Positions 21,941 to 32,873 of a DNA stretch of 33,637 bases are shown in pieces. Source of the DNA: Pseudogymnoascus verrucosus (taxonomy: Eukaryota). A program made the translations under genes and the position numbers. The stretch's first letter is position 1; each line of letters starts with the position of its first letter. A model generated the notes under the pieces. It searched no databases and was not told the DNA's origin. It was given only the letters and a program-made list of their open reading frames with translations. Where the stretch lies: the NCBI GenBank assembly GCA_001662655.1, contig KV460257.1; one strand, given 5' to 3'.

Positions 21941-23379
21941 ACTTGCCGTGCGCGGAAATGTTTGCGCTTGCTGCAAGCAACATCGTGGTCTCGGGATCGA
22001 CGTACAGTGCAGTGTACTATTCGCAATATTCATCACTTCTAAAAAAAAATTTAACGTGGTTTATCACCGAGTCGATCATTTTCTCCCACCTTACTACCTA
22101 CCAACTTTAACACGCGTTTTCTCAACTACTAATGGAAAATCAAACCCAAGAAGCACAGATCTCAAAGGCCTGGTCTGCAAAAGCACAACGGCCAGCCTAA
22201 ATGGGGTAAAGCCGTTCCTAGGTAGGCACATGTGTATAACGCACAGCTTTAATGTAGCACAATCTGCACATTAGTGGTGTCTGGTCCCCAGCCAGGAGGG
22301 AGTCTGTGCTGTTGCTCTCTCTCGCACGCGTATTCCGGCTTGGCTGGAACATTGTAGTCTTTTAGCTCAGTTAGAGTGACAATGCGGAACAACTTATTGA
22401 TTATGATTTGGTCTCTCATTTTAGCAGTCTTTATAGTATAAGGAAATTAATTCTTATGCCTCTACCAGCCAGCCCTATTGCCAGCTTCTAAAAAATCTCG
22501 ATTTTCGAGGCCGGTAGTGCTCTGTACTCCTATGGAATGCTGCCCTTGAGGCATTAGTCTCCATTCCCTCGAGCCAAGCGAAGCTTCTTGCGTCGCGTTC
22601 TAGTCCGAGCAACAAGGGGCCGTTTTAGGTTCCCTGGCGAGCTGATTGGGATATCCCTTTTACGCTGGAGTTGGCAGCTGCAATCCGATTGTCGTGGCCC
22701 TGCAGTGCTTTTATGATTCGGCTGCCCAAATTTGGCGTTAGCTTTTGTTTCTCAATGAACCAGTCGATAGGTTTTGGGAACGCACTTATACGTCGATGGT
22801 ATAATCTGTTGAATCTAAGGTTGATGTCGGCCTGATCAGAAGAATGACGGACTCGAAATGCTACCAGCTTGGTATAACGCCCACAAAGCTAAATTTTTCC
22901 TGTAAAGACGCTACGTCCCATACCTGCTTCCGATTTTAACCTACATATTCTTTTGTGAAAAAAAAAAACTGCGTAAAGTCTCGCTCTATGCTTCCAGCAA
23001 TTGACAGACTTCGTTCTACCGATGTCTGGTGCCGTATCATGGGTTAATGGAAGGCCGATTGGGACCGCCATGATCGATTGTTCGTGTGTGGGGGCCCTTT
23101 CGCGATAACTTCACTCGGCGGGGACTTTACTAGTGTAATAGTCACGTGAAGATAAGTGATTCTAGCATAATCGGCACCGATGGTCTGCAACTTCGTGATG
23201 AAACTCGCAAAGGAGCATATTCTTCTGCTGCAAAAGGCTGGATGAGTGGAAGACTTTTCTTAACAATGGTATTAACTCATCTATGAGGGGTTGAAAATGG
23301 AAGCCTGAATAGTAATATGGCGATTGGTTGGTGATTGGTTTCGGCCATACCTGAACAAGTTGGGCAGCAGCGCATAGCG

Positions 23380-23721
23380 CCAACTCCTTGGCCTGTCCAT
23401 GGGTTCCCTGGTAGTTCTTCCATGAGGATGAAGCTGACGCCAGTACCGTAACTGAATACTCGAGTTGCTCGTACTGCGGTCGGTGGTTTCAAGAAACGTC
23501 AGAGTTGCATATTCGCTGAGAATAAGGTACACAACCAGCGAAGATGGAAGACCAACTGCAAAGCTGGCAATACCTGGAACTCGAAATAGCCATGAAGGAG
23601 AGCCATCGTGGAAACGAATGCGACCGTGGTAGTTGGCGCTCCCCATAAGAGCGCCTGGGCCAACCGTGGAAGAATGTCCGAGACCACTGCGTCGTTGATT
23701 CGAGAGCGAAGATGGTGGCAT
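23380..23721 (-). pseudogene. Fragment of aminoglycoside/choline phosphotransferase (APH)-like kinase-fold gene
   Basis: MGSANYHGRIRFHDGSPSWLFRVP...SEYATLTFLETT continues in another frame as ...RVFSYGTGVSFILMEELPGNPW (frameshift near 23480). No HGD catalytic half follows. Boundaries approximate. Confidence 0.7.
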
Positions 23722-23835
23722 TATCCGTTTTCAGGACGCGAGAGCAATCGTTACAAACTGTAAGTTGATCATTATAGGCTTTCTGCTACATTTACAGGCC
23801 ATAGTGGCGGAGAATCGGTTCCTCATCACCACTTC

Positions 23836-24624
23836 TTAAGCCTCCAGAACCACTCCACCATTACCAGACTCGTCCAACAACTGCCCTTTTAATCCCTCCA
23901 CTTCCCTTTCCATAACCTCGTTATTCTCCGACTGCTTTGCCGTCTCAAAATCAATGAGAATTGCGCCCCTTTCCGAAATCAAGAAGTTGTGCTTGTTTAA
24001 ATCGCCATGAAGGACTCCCAATCCATGCAATCGTCTGACAACGGCCTCACAGGCAGGAAGGTCCGAGATCGTAGCGTGGTGACCTTCAACATATTCGATG
24101 AGGAATCCGATAACCCGTCCATCTTCAGTTAAGTACCCTAAGAACTCCGGCCCGATATTGTGGCCCTCTATCCATGAATACGCTTGAGTCTCGGCGATGT
24201 AGTACCCGATCTCCCAGTGGAATCTCGCAAATTTGGCGACTATTGGTTTCTCGAATTGTGGGGAAGATGCCATGTAGACGTTCGACCTGAGTCTTTCTCC
24301 GATTTCAAAGGATAGGTATGGGTAGAACTTTGAGTGCCACAGTGGATTGATTGAAGGGAGATTTTCCTTGAAGGTCTCTGCGAAGAATGGCGTTGGACTT
24401 CCCGCCGTTTGCGAGATGCGACCACAGTTCCAGTCGCCTTCGGGAAATGGCGGCAACTTTTCTAGGAGGATTGGTGGGAAACATAGGTCGTCGACTTCGT
24501 AGATTCCTGGATCGATGGTGATGTACTTGAAGTGCTTTTTGTTCACCAGCATTCTGTAATAACTGGGTGTGTTGCCCTCGGGATCTATATCTTGATTCAA
24601 GATCTCGACCTTGGTAAGATGCAT
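23836..24624 (-). CDS. Protein-kinase-like superfamily protein (small fungal Kdo/RIO-like family, often mis-annotated as alpha-galactosidase A)
   Basis: Intact intronless 262-aa ORF with VAKFARF, GPEFLGYLTE, GFLIEYVEG, catalytic LHGDLNKHNFLI and LIDFE. Confidence 0.8.
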   Translation of the reverse strand: MHLTKVEILNQDIDPEGNTPSYYRMLVNKKHFKYITIDPGIYEVDDLCFPPILLEKLPPFPEGDWNCGRISQTAGSPTPFFAETFKENLPSINPLWHSKFYPYLSFEIGERLRSNVYMASSPQFEKPIVAKFARFHWEIGYYIAETQAYSWIEGHNIGPEFLGYLTEDGRVIGFLIEYVEGHHATISDLPACEAVVRRLHGLGVLHGDLNKHNFLISERGAILIDFETAKQSENNEVMEREVEGLKGQLLDESGNGGVVLEA

Positions 24625-25425
24625 AGCTTTGGCGGGCGTGAGGCCCTCGGGTACACAATAAAGAACGCGTTTAATAACAAGACTTCACTTGGTTTCCTCG
24701 ATTCGGTGTTGATATCGAGGTCTGTGGTAGATTGGCGCGAACCTTTATTGGAGATGTTGTTGCAGAACATGAGTATCGCGTTGAAAAGAATTGCAAGTTC
24801 GACAGCGGTTTAGTTAACGAATAAGATCATTGTTAATACTGTACACACAATCTGCCTCAGCACTTTGCAGAACATTTAAACGGGAGTATCTAGCTGAGGT
24901 TCACGGACTCCGGGCGCTTATTGTGCATCAACGGCGCGAAATGATACATCCCTTCTTACGATCATCCCTTTGGTGCGATAGTAGCCAATTGATCTATCCT
25001 AAGTTTCGACTAACCTAACGTGTTAGAATCTAAATGCAGTTTCTCTCTGCCTGCACGCGCGCGCTGAAATTTCAATCGCGCGCGACCTGTAGATATGCGC
25101 TGTCCATGAGCTTCTCGAAGTCCGACCTGGACCGTTCCAAGTATATAATAGCTCTTCTGCACCTTAAAATCTGATCATTAGCACCTACAAAATATACCCA
25201 GACAAGTAAGAATTTCTCTTGCATTGAATAAGATTTGGCAACTGGTGCGTGCTTTTGAATCGCGTCACAGTATCCCGAAGAAGGCTGACTTTCATAGGAT
25301 TTCATAGGCAAACTCGCGTCTCGTTCTTCACTCAAGTTACATTATACATCTTCACTTCTAAGAATAGGTATTTCTTCCAAGCAAACTTTTTCGGTACTCT
25401 GCTTAAGCAAGTCTCAGTATCGACC

Positions 25426-25611
25426 ATGTGTGTACAGATGTTTGTCATGCACACTTGCGGCTGCGAGAAAAATTCCGAATTTAAGCAATGCGAGGAACGC
25501 CTTGGCACCAACGTCAAATGCAAGCCGGTACGAAGGCAGAAGGAGAAGGACTCAGCTCATATGTGTAAGACGCACATGACGAACCCTGGCAAAGATGAGA
25601 TGCACCGTTAA
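25426..25611 (+). CDS. Putative 61-aa Cys/His-rich microprotein
   Basis: ACCATG context. MCVQMFVMHTCGC...C...C...HMCKTH, with six Cys and several His spaced like a small metal-binding module. No hydrophobic signal peptide. Confidence 0.5.
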   Translation: MCVQMFVMHTCGCEKNSEFKQCEERLGTNVKCKPVRRQKEKDSAHMCKTHMTNPGKDEMHR

Positions 25612-25789
25612 GATGCATTGCGGTTGATGAATTATATTCTAAAGCCGAGCAAGACAGTTGTACTAAGTTGCTGGATGTCCAGGAAAGGAATGCTGGCTGG
25701 TCCGGTTGATAAATAGAGCAGAATATACAAGCAATCACGCATTTGGTCTAAAAATGGATCTTGGATACAGTCATCAAGGTATAATCGGC

Positions 25790-26890
25790 TCAAAATTTGA
25801 AGTTGCTGAGAAATCCCAAAAATCTGGCATCGGAGCTACACTGATCCCTCCCAGCAGGAAGAATATAGTCTGGCACCACCCTTCTCCCTATCTGAGACAC
25901 CTGGCACTTTTGAAAGTGCTCCATATATCCAGCAGCAGAGTAGACAGTATTCCAATTTGAATATCCACGTCTCTCATCTCGAGGTCCGAGGCGACATGCT
26001 TGGCAAGACACTCCCCAGTCAAGGTTTCCTGTCCTTCTATCTAGAGTAGGGAATCTAACCATTGCCATAAAACGATATGGATTCTGCCCATGACTATCGA
26101 ATTGTTGCAGCATTTGATTCGAAATGGGAGGTGGGTGAAAATGTGGCGGTTGCGGAAGACGCCTACGCAATGGCCTTGATCTTCGATGTGAGGCTTTCGA
26201 GTCGTCGTGCTGCATAGATCTAGCAGCAGTAGCTGAGAGCATGCGCACTAGTGATATTCGTCTTCGATATATTCTTTCACTCTCAGTATATTGCCCTGGC
26301 AGACTTAATAAGGTCGGTAACGTGCGCAGCGTCTTCGAGTTCAGATTGAATTCCCTCTTTGCCGAAGATGCTGTCATGGATAACAGTCTATCAGAATAGG
26401 CCACGCATGTAATGCAGCGTCGATGACCAGTAAACATGTCGAGGAATGGTCCAAATTGTCCACAACCGAAACAGGCTTGCGTGCAGAGTGCGTCGAAAAT
26501 ATCTTGGGCGGTAAAGTGGACAGCCATGTGCGTGGAGAGTAAAGCGCGTAATGCATCGGGAGAATGATGGACTATTTCGTTGTAAGGTGGGAAGCTATCA
26601 ACAAGTGCACGGGCGCGCCAGCTGAGAGCTCTGAAGTCCGTCAGACTTCGCAAGTCAAGTATGCTGAAAATCGAATGGATGATCTCGAGTGGAAGGGCAT
26701 CTAAATCCCCTATGTTGGAAAAAGAGGTAGCGTTATTCGCTTTGTAATCAGCGCGTGGCTGGAATAGGCCATTGTCGAGTGGACAAAGTCTTTGGAGAGA
26801 TTGAGGCTGAATCGTCATTCGCGTCAATTCAGGGCGTGACCAGGTAAGAAGGCGGAATTCGTCCTTGGTTAAGCTTATAGGCGAAGCCAT
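25790..26890 (-). CDS. F-box domain protein with Cys-rich (Zn-finger-like) region, about 366 aa
   Basis: F-box IGDLDALPLEIIHSIFSILDLRSLTDFRALSWRARALV. CFGCGQFG...RRCITC and GVSCQAC...HFQKC motifs. Likely ATG at 26890; the upstream in-frame 45 codons belong to a different gene relic. Confidence 0.8.
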   Translation of the reverse strand: MASPISLTKDEFRLLTWSRPELTRMTIQPQSLQRLCPLDNGLFQPRADYKANNATSFSNIGDLDALPLEIIHSIFSILDLRSLTDFRALSWRARALVDSFPPYNEIVHHSPDALRALLSTHMAVHFTAQDIFDALCTQACFGCGQFGPFLDMFTGHRRCITCVAYSDRLLSMTASSAKREFNLNSKTLRTLPTLLSLPGQYTESERIYRRRISLVRMLSATAARSMQHDDSKASHRRSRPLRRRLPQPPHFHPPPISNQMLQQFDSHGQNPYRFMAMVRFPTLDRRTGNLDWGVSCQACRLGPRDERRGYSNWNTVYSAAGYMEHFQKCQVSQIGRRVVPDYILPAGRDQCSSDARFLGFLSNFKF

Positions 26891-26902
26891 CTTTTGTGTA
26901 AA

Positions 26903-27290
26903 CGACAGGTGAACTCCCTCAACGAAATCTGAGATAATGAACGGTCCAAATTGCTGCGGGTTTTTCTCAGTGAAGCCCCAGCTTATCAAGCGTGGGACAG
27001 GAATCGTGGTCTGCTCGCGGAGCAATTTGATGATTTGGACCTCATTCGCGACCTTTTCGTCCCGAAAAAAGTTGTATGTCCTTGCCCTGGGAACCGAACA
27101 ATGGCATCCGGGCCGCTATCGTTGAACGTGATTTTGAGGCAGAAGTTGAAGGAGCCTTCAAACCAGTCAACAACTTTAGCTTCCCGTCCTGGCCGCGAAC
27201 AGGCGACAAATGCAGCAGTTTCATCAGTTGCGTCGAGAACGCGCTCCTTCCACTCGTTCGTCACTTGTATTCTCAGCTATTTCATCGAAG
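26903..27290 (-). pseudogene. N-terminal relic of a second APH-like phosphotransferase
   Basis: FDEIAE / EWKERVL...GSFNFCLKITFNDSGPDAIVRFPGQGHTTF / RDEKVANEVQIIKLLREQTTIPVPRLISWG...GPFIISDFVEGVHLS, with frameshifts near 27260 and in the A-run near 27065-27070. Truncated before the catalytic loop. Confidence 0.75.
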
Positions 27291-27501
27291 ACAGTCAATT
27301 TCACAGCAGTGTGAAGTCAATCGGAGAGATGTCTAGGCGGAGATACCATCAGTGAGGGGATTGAAGATAATTGAAATGGCAAGGTAGAGTGGCCAGTGTT
27401 GGCTACAGTGGCATTGTATGGCGATAAAGTTACTCCAATATATCATACTGCAAGTATAATAGTGCTACTACAGCATAGTATAGCTTTGTATTATACTGGT
27501 G

Positions 27502-27516
27502 GTTGTTGTTGTTGTT
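27502..27516 (+). repeat. (GTT)5 microsatellite
   Basis: gttgttgttgttgtt read directly. Confidence 0.8.
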
Positions 27517-27817
27517 GCTGACCGAGGTACACGTGTAGTCCTGCCTACCCTCAGCCTCGCCTGCAGCCTTGTGCCATCCAAATGGTGCTTATCTGTGGCT
27601 GAGTGACGCTCCACAACAGAGCCTCAAATCCCGTCGCGGTCACGGTCCACTACTTCGATTCTCCAACAGTCAGCACCCCCAACCGTGTCAAGGCCACATT
27701 GGCATCTGAAATCTTTCTTTCTTTCCCTACAACCTACTAAATGGAGTCAACTTCAATTCCGCATACTCCCCTGCTTTCGTCGTTACCAGAGCGCAAGTAG
27801 CTCAACGCCCTCCTGCC

Positions 27818-30090
27818 ATGGCCAGCCTCTCCAGATCAGAGGTTATCAGGAACAAACCAATTGCGGACGGGCTGAATGTGTTTCGCGATTCATTCAATTC
27901 TTTGTGAGGGACTTGGGGTATCTACTTCTGTGGACGGGTTGCAGCGCATTGGTCATGAAGGTATGTACAGTGGACTGTATATGGTTTTCTCTCTAACTCA
28001 CGTAGGTCTCCAAAATCTAGCACTTGATCTTATATTAGCCTTGCTAGTCCTCCCTGTCTCTCGGATATTACCTTCCAATATGGCAATAAAAATATCTTCG
28101 GTGACCTTTCAAGACTTAACTCGGCAGTCAATAGCGACGACTTCGACATCGAACGGGTCACACCTCTCTTGAAAGCAGTAATCAATAACGAATCCGACGA
28201 TATCATCTGGGACAAAGCATACGCCGCTGTAACTGAATCCACACCGCCTCGACCACTGCCATTCCTGAATCAAACCCCTTGGTCCAACGCTACAAGCAGT
28301 ATTGTCAACTCCTCGGAACACAGGAAATATGCGAATGAGGCTTTGAAGGAAGAACTAGGATCGTCGCTCTATATTGGGGTGCCTGGGTTTGTCGACGCTT
28401 TTTTTGGAGGTATGGCAGAGCTGGACTCGATATCCAAGGCAGTGTTTGCAAAGTGCCAGCAGGGAGGTAATCCGCTTTTCACAGAGGGGCGCGGCTGGCG
28501 TGACTGGCCAAACGAAGCAAAAGAGCCTGACGTCTTGACGTGGTTCGAAGAGCAAATTGATCAATTCTTGGGCTTTGCAAAAGATCATGGAAATGTTCCA
28601 CGAAGACCATTGGCGCAGCCCAACCAACCCTTGAAAGGTTCGACAGCAGAGCGGAAGCTGGAGAGGTCTTCGTCACTCAGGACACTCGCCGCTTCGTACT
28701 GGGCTTCACGCTCTGCGGGTCCGTCATGCGACTCTGGGAGTTCGACCGGCTGGGCGGAATCGCATCCTCACCTTTCGACGTCAACCAGGACGGCTTACAG
28801 TTCGTGTCCGCGGTACTAGGATATCTCTTGATGGAAAGAACACAGCTGGGATTCGACCCCACGATACTGGAGGCAGACGGAGAACGTTACATAGAAATCA
28901 TGCGCGATGGACGAAAAGAGCGACTTGTACTTGACAAAGTGATGAAACGGGTAGATTGTGTTGCCGGCAGAGCGACAACCTGCTGGAAAGCCCATCGCGC
29001 TGACGATGATGCAAAGGCGCCTCTGGTCATAAAGGACTCATGGCAGTATCCGGAACGGGAAGAAGAAAGGGACCTGTTACAAGAAGCAACAGAGAAGGGA
29101 GTGGTCAATGTTGCGAGACATTATTGCCATGAGACGGTTCACGTAGCTGGCCAGCGTGACGACGACCAAAACAACGTACGGAAGGCTTTGGATATTTCGA
29201 AAGCGACTAATTATTTTGTTCAACGTAAAAAAGCAGACAGCTCGATGTTGCCTCCCAAACCATTTAGCAAAGACGATGCCATCCGAAGGGGCCGATCAAG
29301 TGCGGATACTATCCACAGAAAGAGATCATCTAGCTCACTCAACGCACCCCTGCCACCTGCGAAACGCACTTATTCGAGCTCTCCAACAAAACGAGAGCAC
29401 ATTATTGATACGCATAACCGGATTCGCCGTCGTGTCATCGTCTGCGACTATGGCACACCAATATACAAGGCACGCTCTGTCGTCGCCATGCTTGCTGCGC
29501 TAGCTAGTTGCATTGAAGGGCACGAGTCTTTGTACACAAAGGCAGGGATGCTTTAGTGCGATATATCCACAGGCAATCTCATGATAAACCAAGAAGATGG
29601 CAACCCTTCGTGGCAAGCATTTTTAATAGATCTTGACCTTGCAGTTAGAGACAAACGAGAAGGGCCATCGGGAGCACGGGGCAAGACAGGCACAAGAGCA
29701 TTCATGGCAATTGGCGTACTGCATGACAATGAGAAACACTCTTTCATGCATGATTTAGAGTCTTTCTTCTGGGTACTCTTCTGGATATGCATCCATTACA
29801 ACGGACCAGACGAGAAGTTGGTTGTTCCGCAATTTGATAAGTGGAACTATGTGCATATGGAAGAGCTGGCAAAGTTGAAGTTAGGCACTGTGGCAGACGA
29901 AGAGATATTCCGTCAGACGGCAACAGATTACTTCACGCCATATCATGAACGGCTGATCCCCTGGGTCAACAGATTACGGAGGGCCGTTTTTCCAGGCGGT
30001 AGAAAGTGGAAGGAAGAAGATAGGGACCTCTATGCTCGGATGATGGAGATTCTTCAGGAAGCGCAGAAGGATCCAAATGTGGCAGATTAG
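27818..30090 (+). pseudogene. FunK1 (fungal-type protein kinase, Pkinase_fungal) pseudogene
   Basis: ATG 27818, intron 27961-28005. Family motifs RRFVLGFTLCGSVMRLWEFDRLG, GRATTCWKA, VIKDSWQ, DISTGN, FLIDLDLA, TGTRAFMAIGVL, HSFMHDLESFFWVLFWIC. Lesions: frameshift near 28078, deletion plus frameshift near 28662, TAG at 29554-29556 in the catalytic loop. Confidence 0.85.
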
Positions 30091-30450
30091 ATGCACCAAA
30101 CTTAATTGTACTATAATTGCAGGAGATCAAACATGGAAGTAGTAAATAGATACCGACTATGCGTCACATTTCACGTTCTCTCACTTCGGAATTAGTGTGG
30201 CCAAGCATTCTGTTGATTCTGCTCTCCTCTTTTCGATTTCTCATTCAGTAGGGGGAATCTGGACGGAGGATTGAGATGGCGGAATAAAGGCGGTCAGCCC
30301 TGTTGGTCGCCCCCACCCCGCTACTTTATCACACTTGGTGCACAAATACTTTGGTAAGGCATGTATGTGTGACATGACCCTATTGGATGGTCCCGATCTG
30401 ATTTCTACTTAATATGTCACGTAACCTAAGGCAGATCAAGAGGGGATCTA

Positions 30451-30520
30451 CACCCGATGGTCCCGATGATCCCTCACCCGATGGTCCTGATGAGCTCCCA
30501 CTCGATGGTCCCCCACCGAT
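30451..30520 (+). repeat. Imperfect 24-bp tandem repeat (CACCCGATGGTCCCGATGATCCCT), about 2.6 copies
   Basis: Units start at 30451, 30475 and 30499. A further GATGGTCCCGAT copy lies near 30386. Confidence 0.8.
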
Positions 30521-30651
30521 AGCCACTGAGTGACCCCTACCCTTTCAAAGTTTAGGTAGTTTGTGAATTCATACCAAATCAGTATCATCTTCGCCACTTC
30601 CATAGTTCCGAAGGGATTCAGCACAGTTGCCATATTTTGATGCGCCTAGTG

Positions 30652-32873
30652 TTAGAATACGGCCTCTTTCGCCCACAAAAGATGGTCTGGGGAACAAGCA
30701 GATAGCATATCCATATTCTCATCGATTAGATCCCAATAATTAAAGTCCGAGTCTCTCAGAGTTCTAAAGTTGGTTCCTGTCGGCTCGAGGCTCTGATCTC
30801 TGCACAGCATAACATTAGACTCGCCCCAACGACCGTCGTTAGAAAAGTCTCCCCAAGCAAGAATTCGAAGTTCGGGTATTCCTTCTGAACTAAAAGCCCA
30901 ACGTGCAAATTTCAGCAATGCTTGAGCAGGACCAGTGAAGTCCGACCTGTTTTCAATCTTCCTTGTTCTCGTGGAGATCTATTGCTGAATCAGCCAACAC
31001 ATTCGAGCACCCGTGGGCTAAGTAACAGACCTGTGGCTCTTGCATTGTGAGCACCAGGGGCTCAGAAGATGGGGAGCGGTTCGACGGCTAGGTTTGGGCG
31101 GTGTCAACAGTCTCGTTGAATGTTTCTGCCTGCGGATATGAAAGAAACTTCCCGCCCTTCTCATATACGAGTTCGAAATCCTCAAAATTAAAACCACTGT
31201 GTTCTGGGTTAGGGTTATAGAACTCTTCTTTGAACTTCTTGTGATGATCTATCCAGGACATTTTGATGTGTAAGATGTGGCATCTAGGCTTCACGGGAAG
31301 TTCAGCGAAAGACGATTTCTAAAGAGGGTAATGTTAGCAATGCAGAATCCATACAGGGGCCAGGTCTAACCATTTCAGAAATTGGGCCACTTGTGCTAAA
31401 GCAGCTAAGTCTTGAGTTGTGAAACAAAAGTTCTCCTGAATTGTGCCACGGGATACCACTATCCACAACCTCGCCATTTGAAATAATCCTCTCGTGAAGG
31501 ACTAGGCGCTTTAGGGTCGACTGATGGTGCGCGATGCTATTAGCTATAAGATACCACTCGAGAGGCTGGGTGAGTAGTAGGAAAAGGTCTTCCAGGCCTT
31601 AGAAAGAGGCCAAAAACCGAAAAATTACCTCGGTCTGCACCTCGTCAAAGTTACTGTAATGATGAAGACAGTCCCAGTCAATGATTAACTCAAACGACTT
31701 TAGTTTGGGAGTTATCCCTTGCTCAAGAAGAGCTCCTAACAGTTCCAGGGAAGAAGGGCAGTTCCGTAGTTGCAGCGTGCTCAAGTTCATCATGTTGAAG
31801 GAGTGGCCGAATTCGTATTCGAAAGGAGCAAAGGCGACGCCTACAAGTAGCAACGTTTTTAAAGACTGAAACAGGACTTTGTTCTAGTCCGATTCAATTC
31901 CGACAACTCTAGTCGCAAAAAAGTTGTCTAGGCAGGGAGGAAAGGGAGGAAACCCTCCCAGAGTTGCTTTTTAGTGATCGTACCACCCCTTTTCTGCCCT
32001 GTTCCACTCAACTAGATCTAATGTCAACGATCTTAGCCCTCGAGCCCCAGTCTGGCTCTTAATGAAATCTTCAAGACAGTCAAAATGATCGCCTCTACTT
32101 AATCCTTTCTAGGAAAGTGACTGTATGCTGGTAAATGATTTGAGATCGAGATATTCCACACACGCAAAGGTCGGACATTCACCATCGATGAGAAGCGATA
32201 TTGACTGGATGCGCTTCTGTTTCCCCGTCCAATAGTTTCCAGGATAGTTTAAGATCTCATTTGGAACACAGCATCCCAAGTTCAAACTGCGCCATGTTAG
32301 TACCAGGTCCTAGAATTAAGTGTGTGGTACATACCTCAAGCTCTGGAGGTTATTGTCGCCAAAAGTGCACATCCAGTCAATAAGTGCCATAGATAAGTCC
32401 CAAAATGGATCGAGACTCATGTCTACCTAACATGTTGCTTTAGTGTCCTCCTGAGTTTATTAGAAGAGAGGAACGCGTTAAAGGCATACTTCACTTCCAT
32501 AGTCCATATTAATGACATCAGCTAAATGCTCTGGCAACTCCGAATCGTAGTGTAGACACCGTTTTCTTAAATTATAATGCAGCGGAGCCTTAAAGCAAAT
32601 GTTCTTTGTGAACTTTACATTGTCGTTGGAACAAAGCTCGATCTTGTGTTTTAAATCATCCAAGTCCAGCATTTCGTCCGCGTGCAAGGTGATTGATTCA
32701 TACAGACACGGTGTCGCGAATTCAGCAACATATTTAGACACCTTGCAAAGACTCTTCAGATCTGATTGTGTACTAATCTGCGTGGTGATATTAGTGTTTT
32801 ACTCAAACAGACGACGTGTTCTTACTTTTTCTACGATTAACCTAAGGACTTCGGCAGGTATTCGATCGAGCAT
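30652..32873 (-). pseudogene. F-box / leucine-rich-repeat-like protein pseudogene (6 exons, five in-frame stops)
   Basis: MLDRIPAEVLRLIVEK-ISTQSDLKSLCKVSKYVAEFATPCLYESITL F-box-like start, LRR-like LxxLxL segments, C-terminal FARWAF...LRILAWGDFS. Introns 32825-32778, 32489-32427, 32334-32287, 31370-31319 and 31030-30979 keep one frame. Stops at 32111, 31973, 31886, 31601, 31090. Confidence 0.8.

Noticed and set aside
22450..22900. Possible WD40-like relic (ALQGHDNRI on the minus strand)
   Set aside because: A single short motif with no repeat continuation; not enough support.
25790..27025. 411-aa ORF as a single natural protein
   Set aside because: It has no ATG at 27025, and the first 41 or so residues belong to the frameshifted APH relic. 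The F-box protein most likely starts at 26890.
27453..27497. AT-rich 9-bp inverted repeat (AGTATAATA...TATTATACT) as a MITE remnant
   Set aside because: Too short and low in complexity, with no target-site duplication evident.
30652..32873. Stop-codon reassignment or readthrough explaining the in-frame TAA/TAG codons
   Set aside because: Intact genes in the window end normally at TAG, TAA and TGA, and the 14-kb NRPS has no internal stops. Mutation is the simpler explanation.
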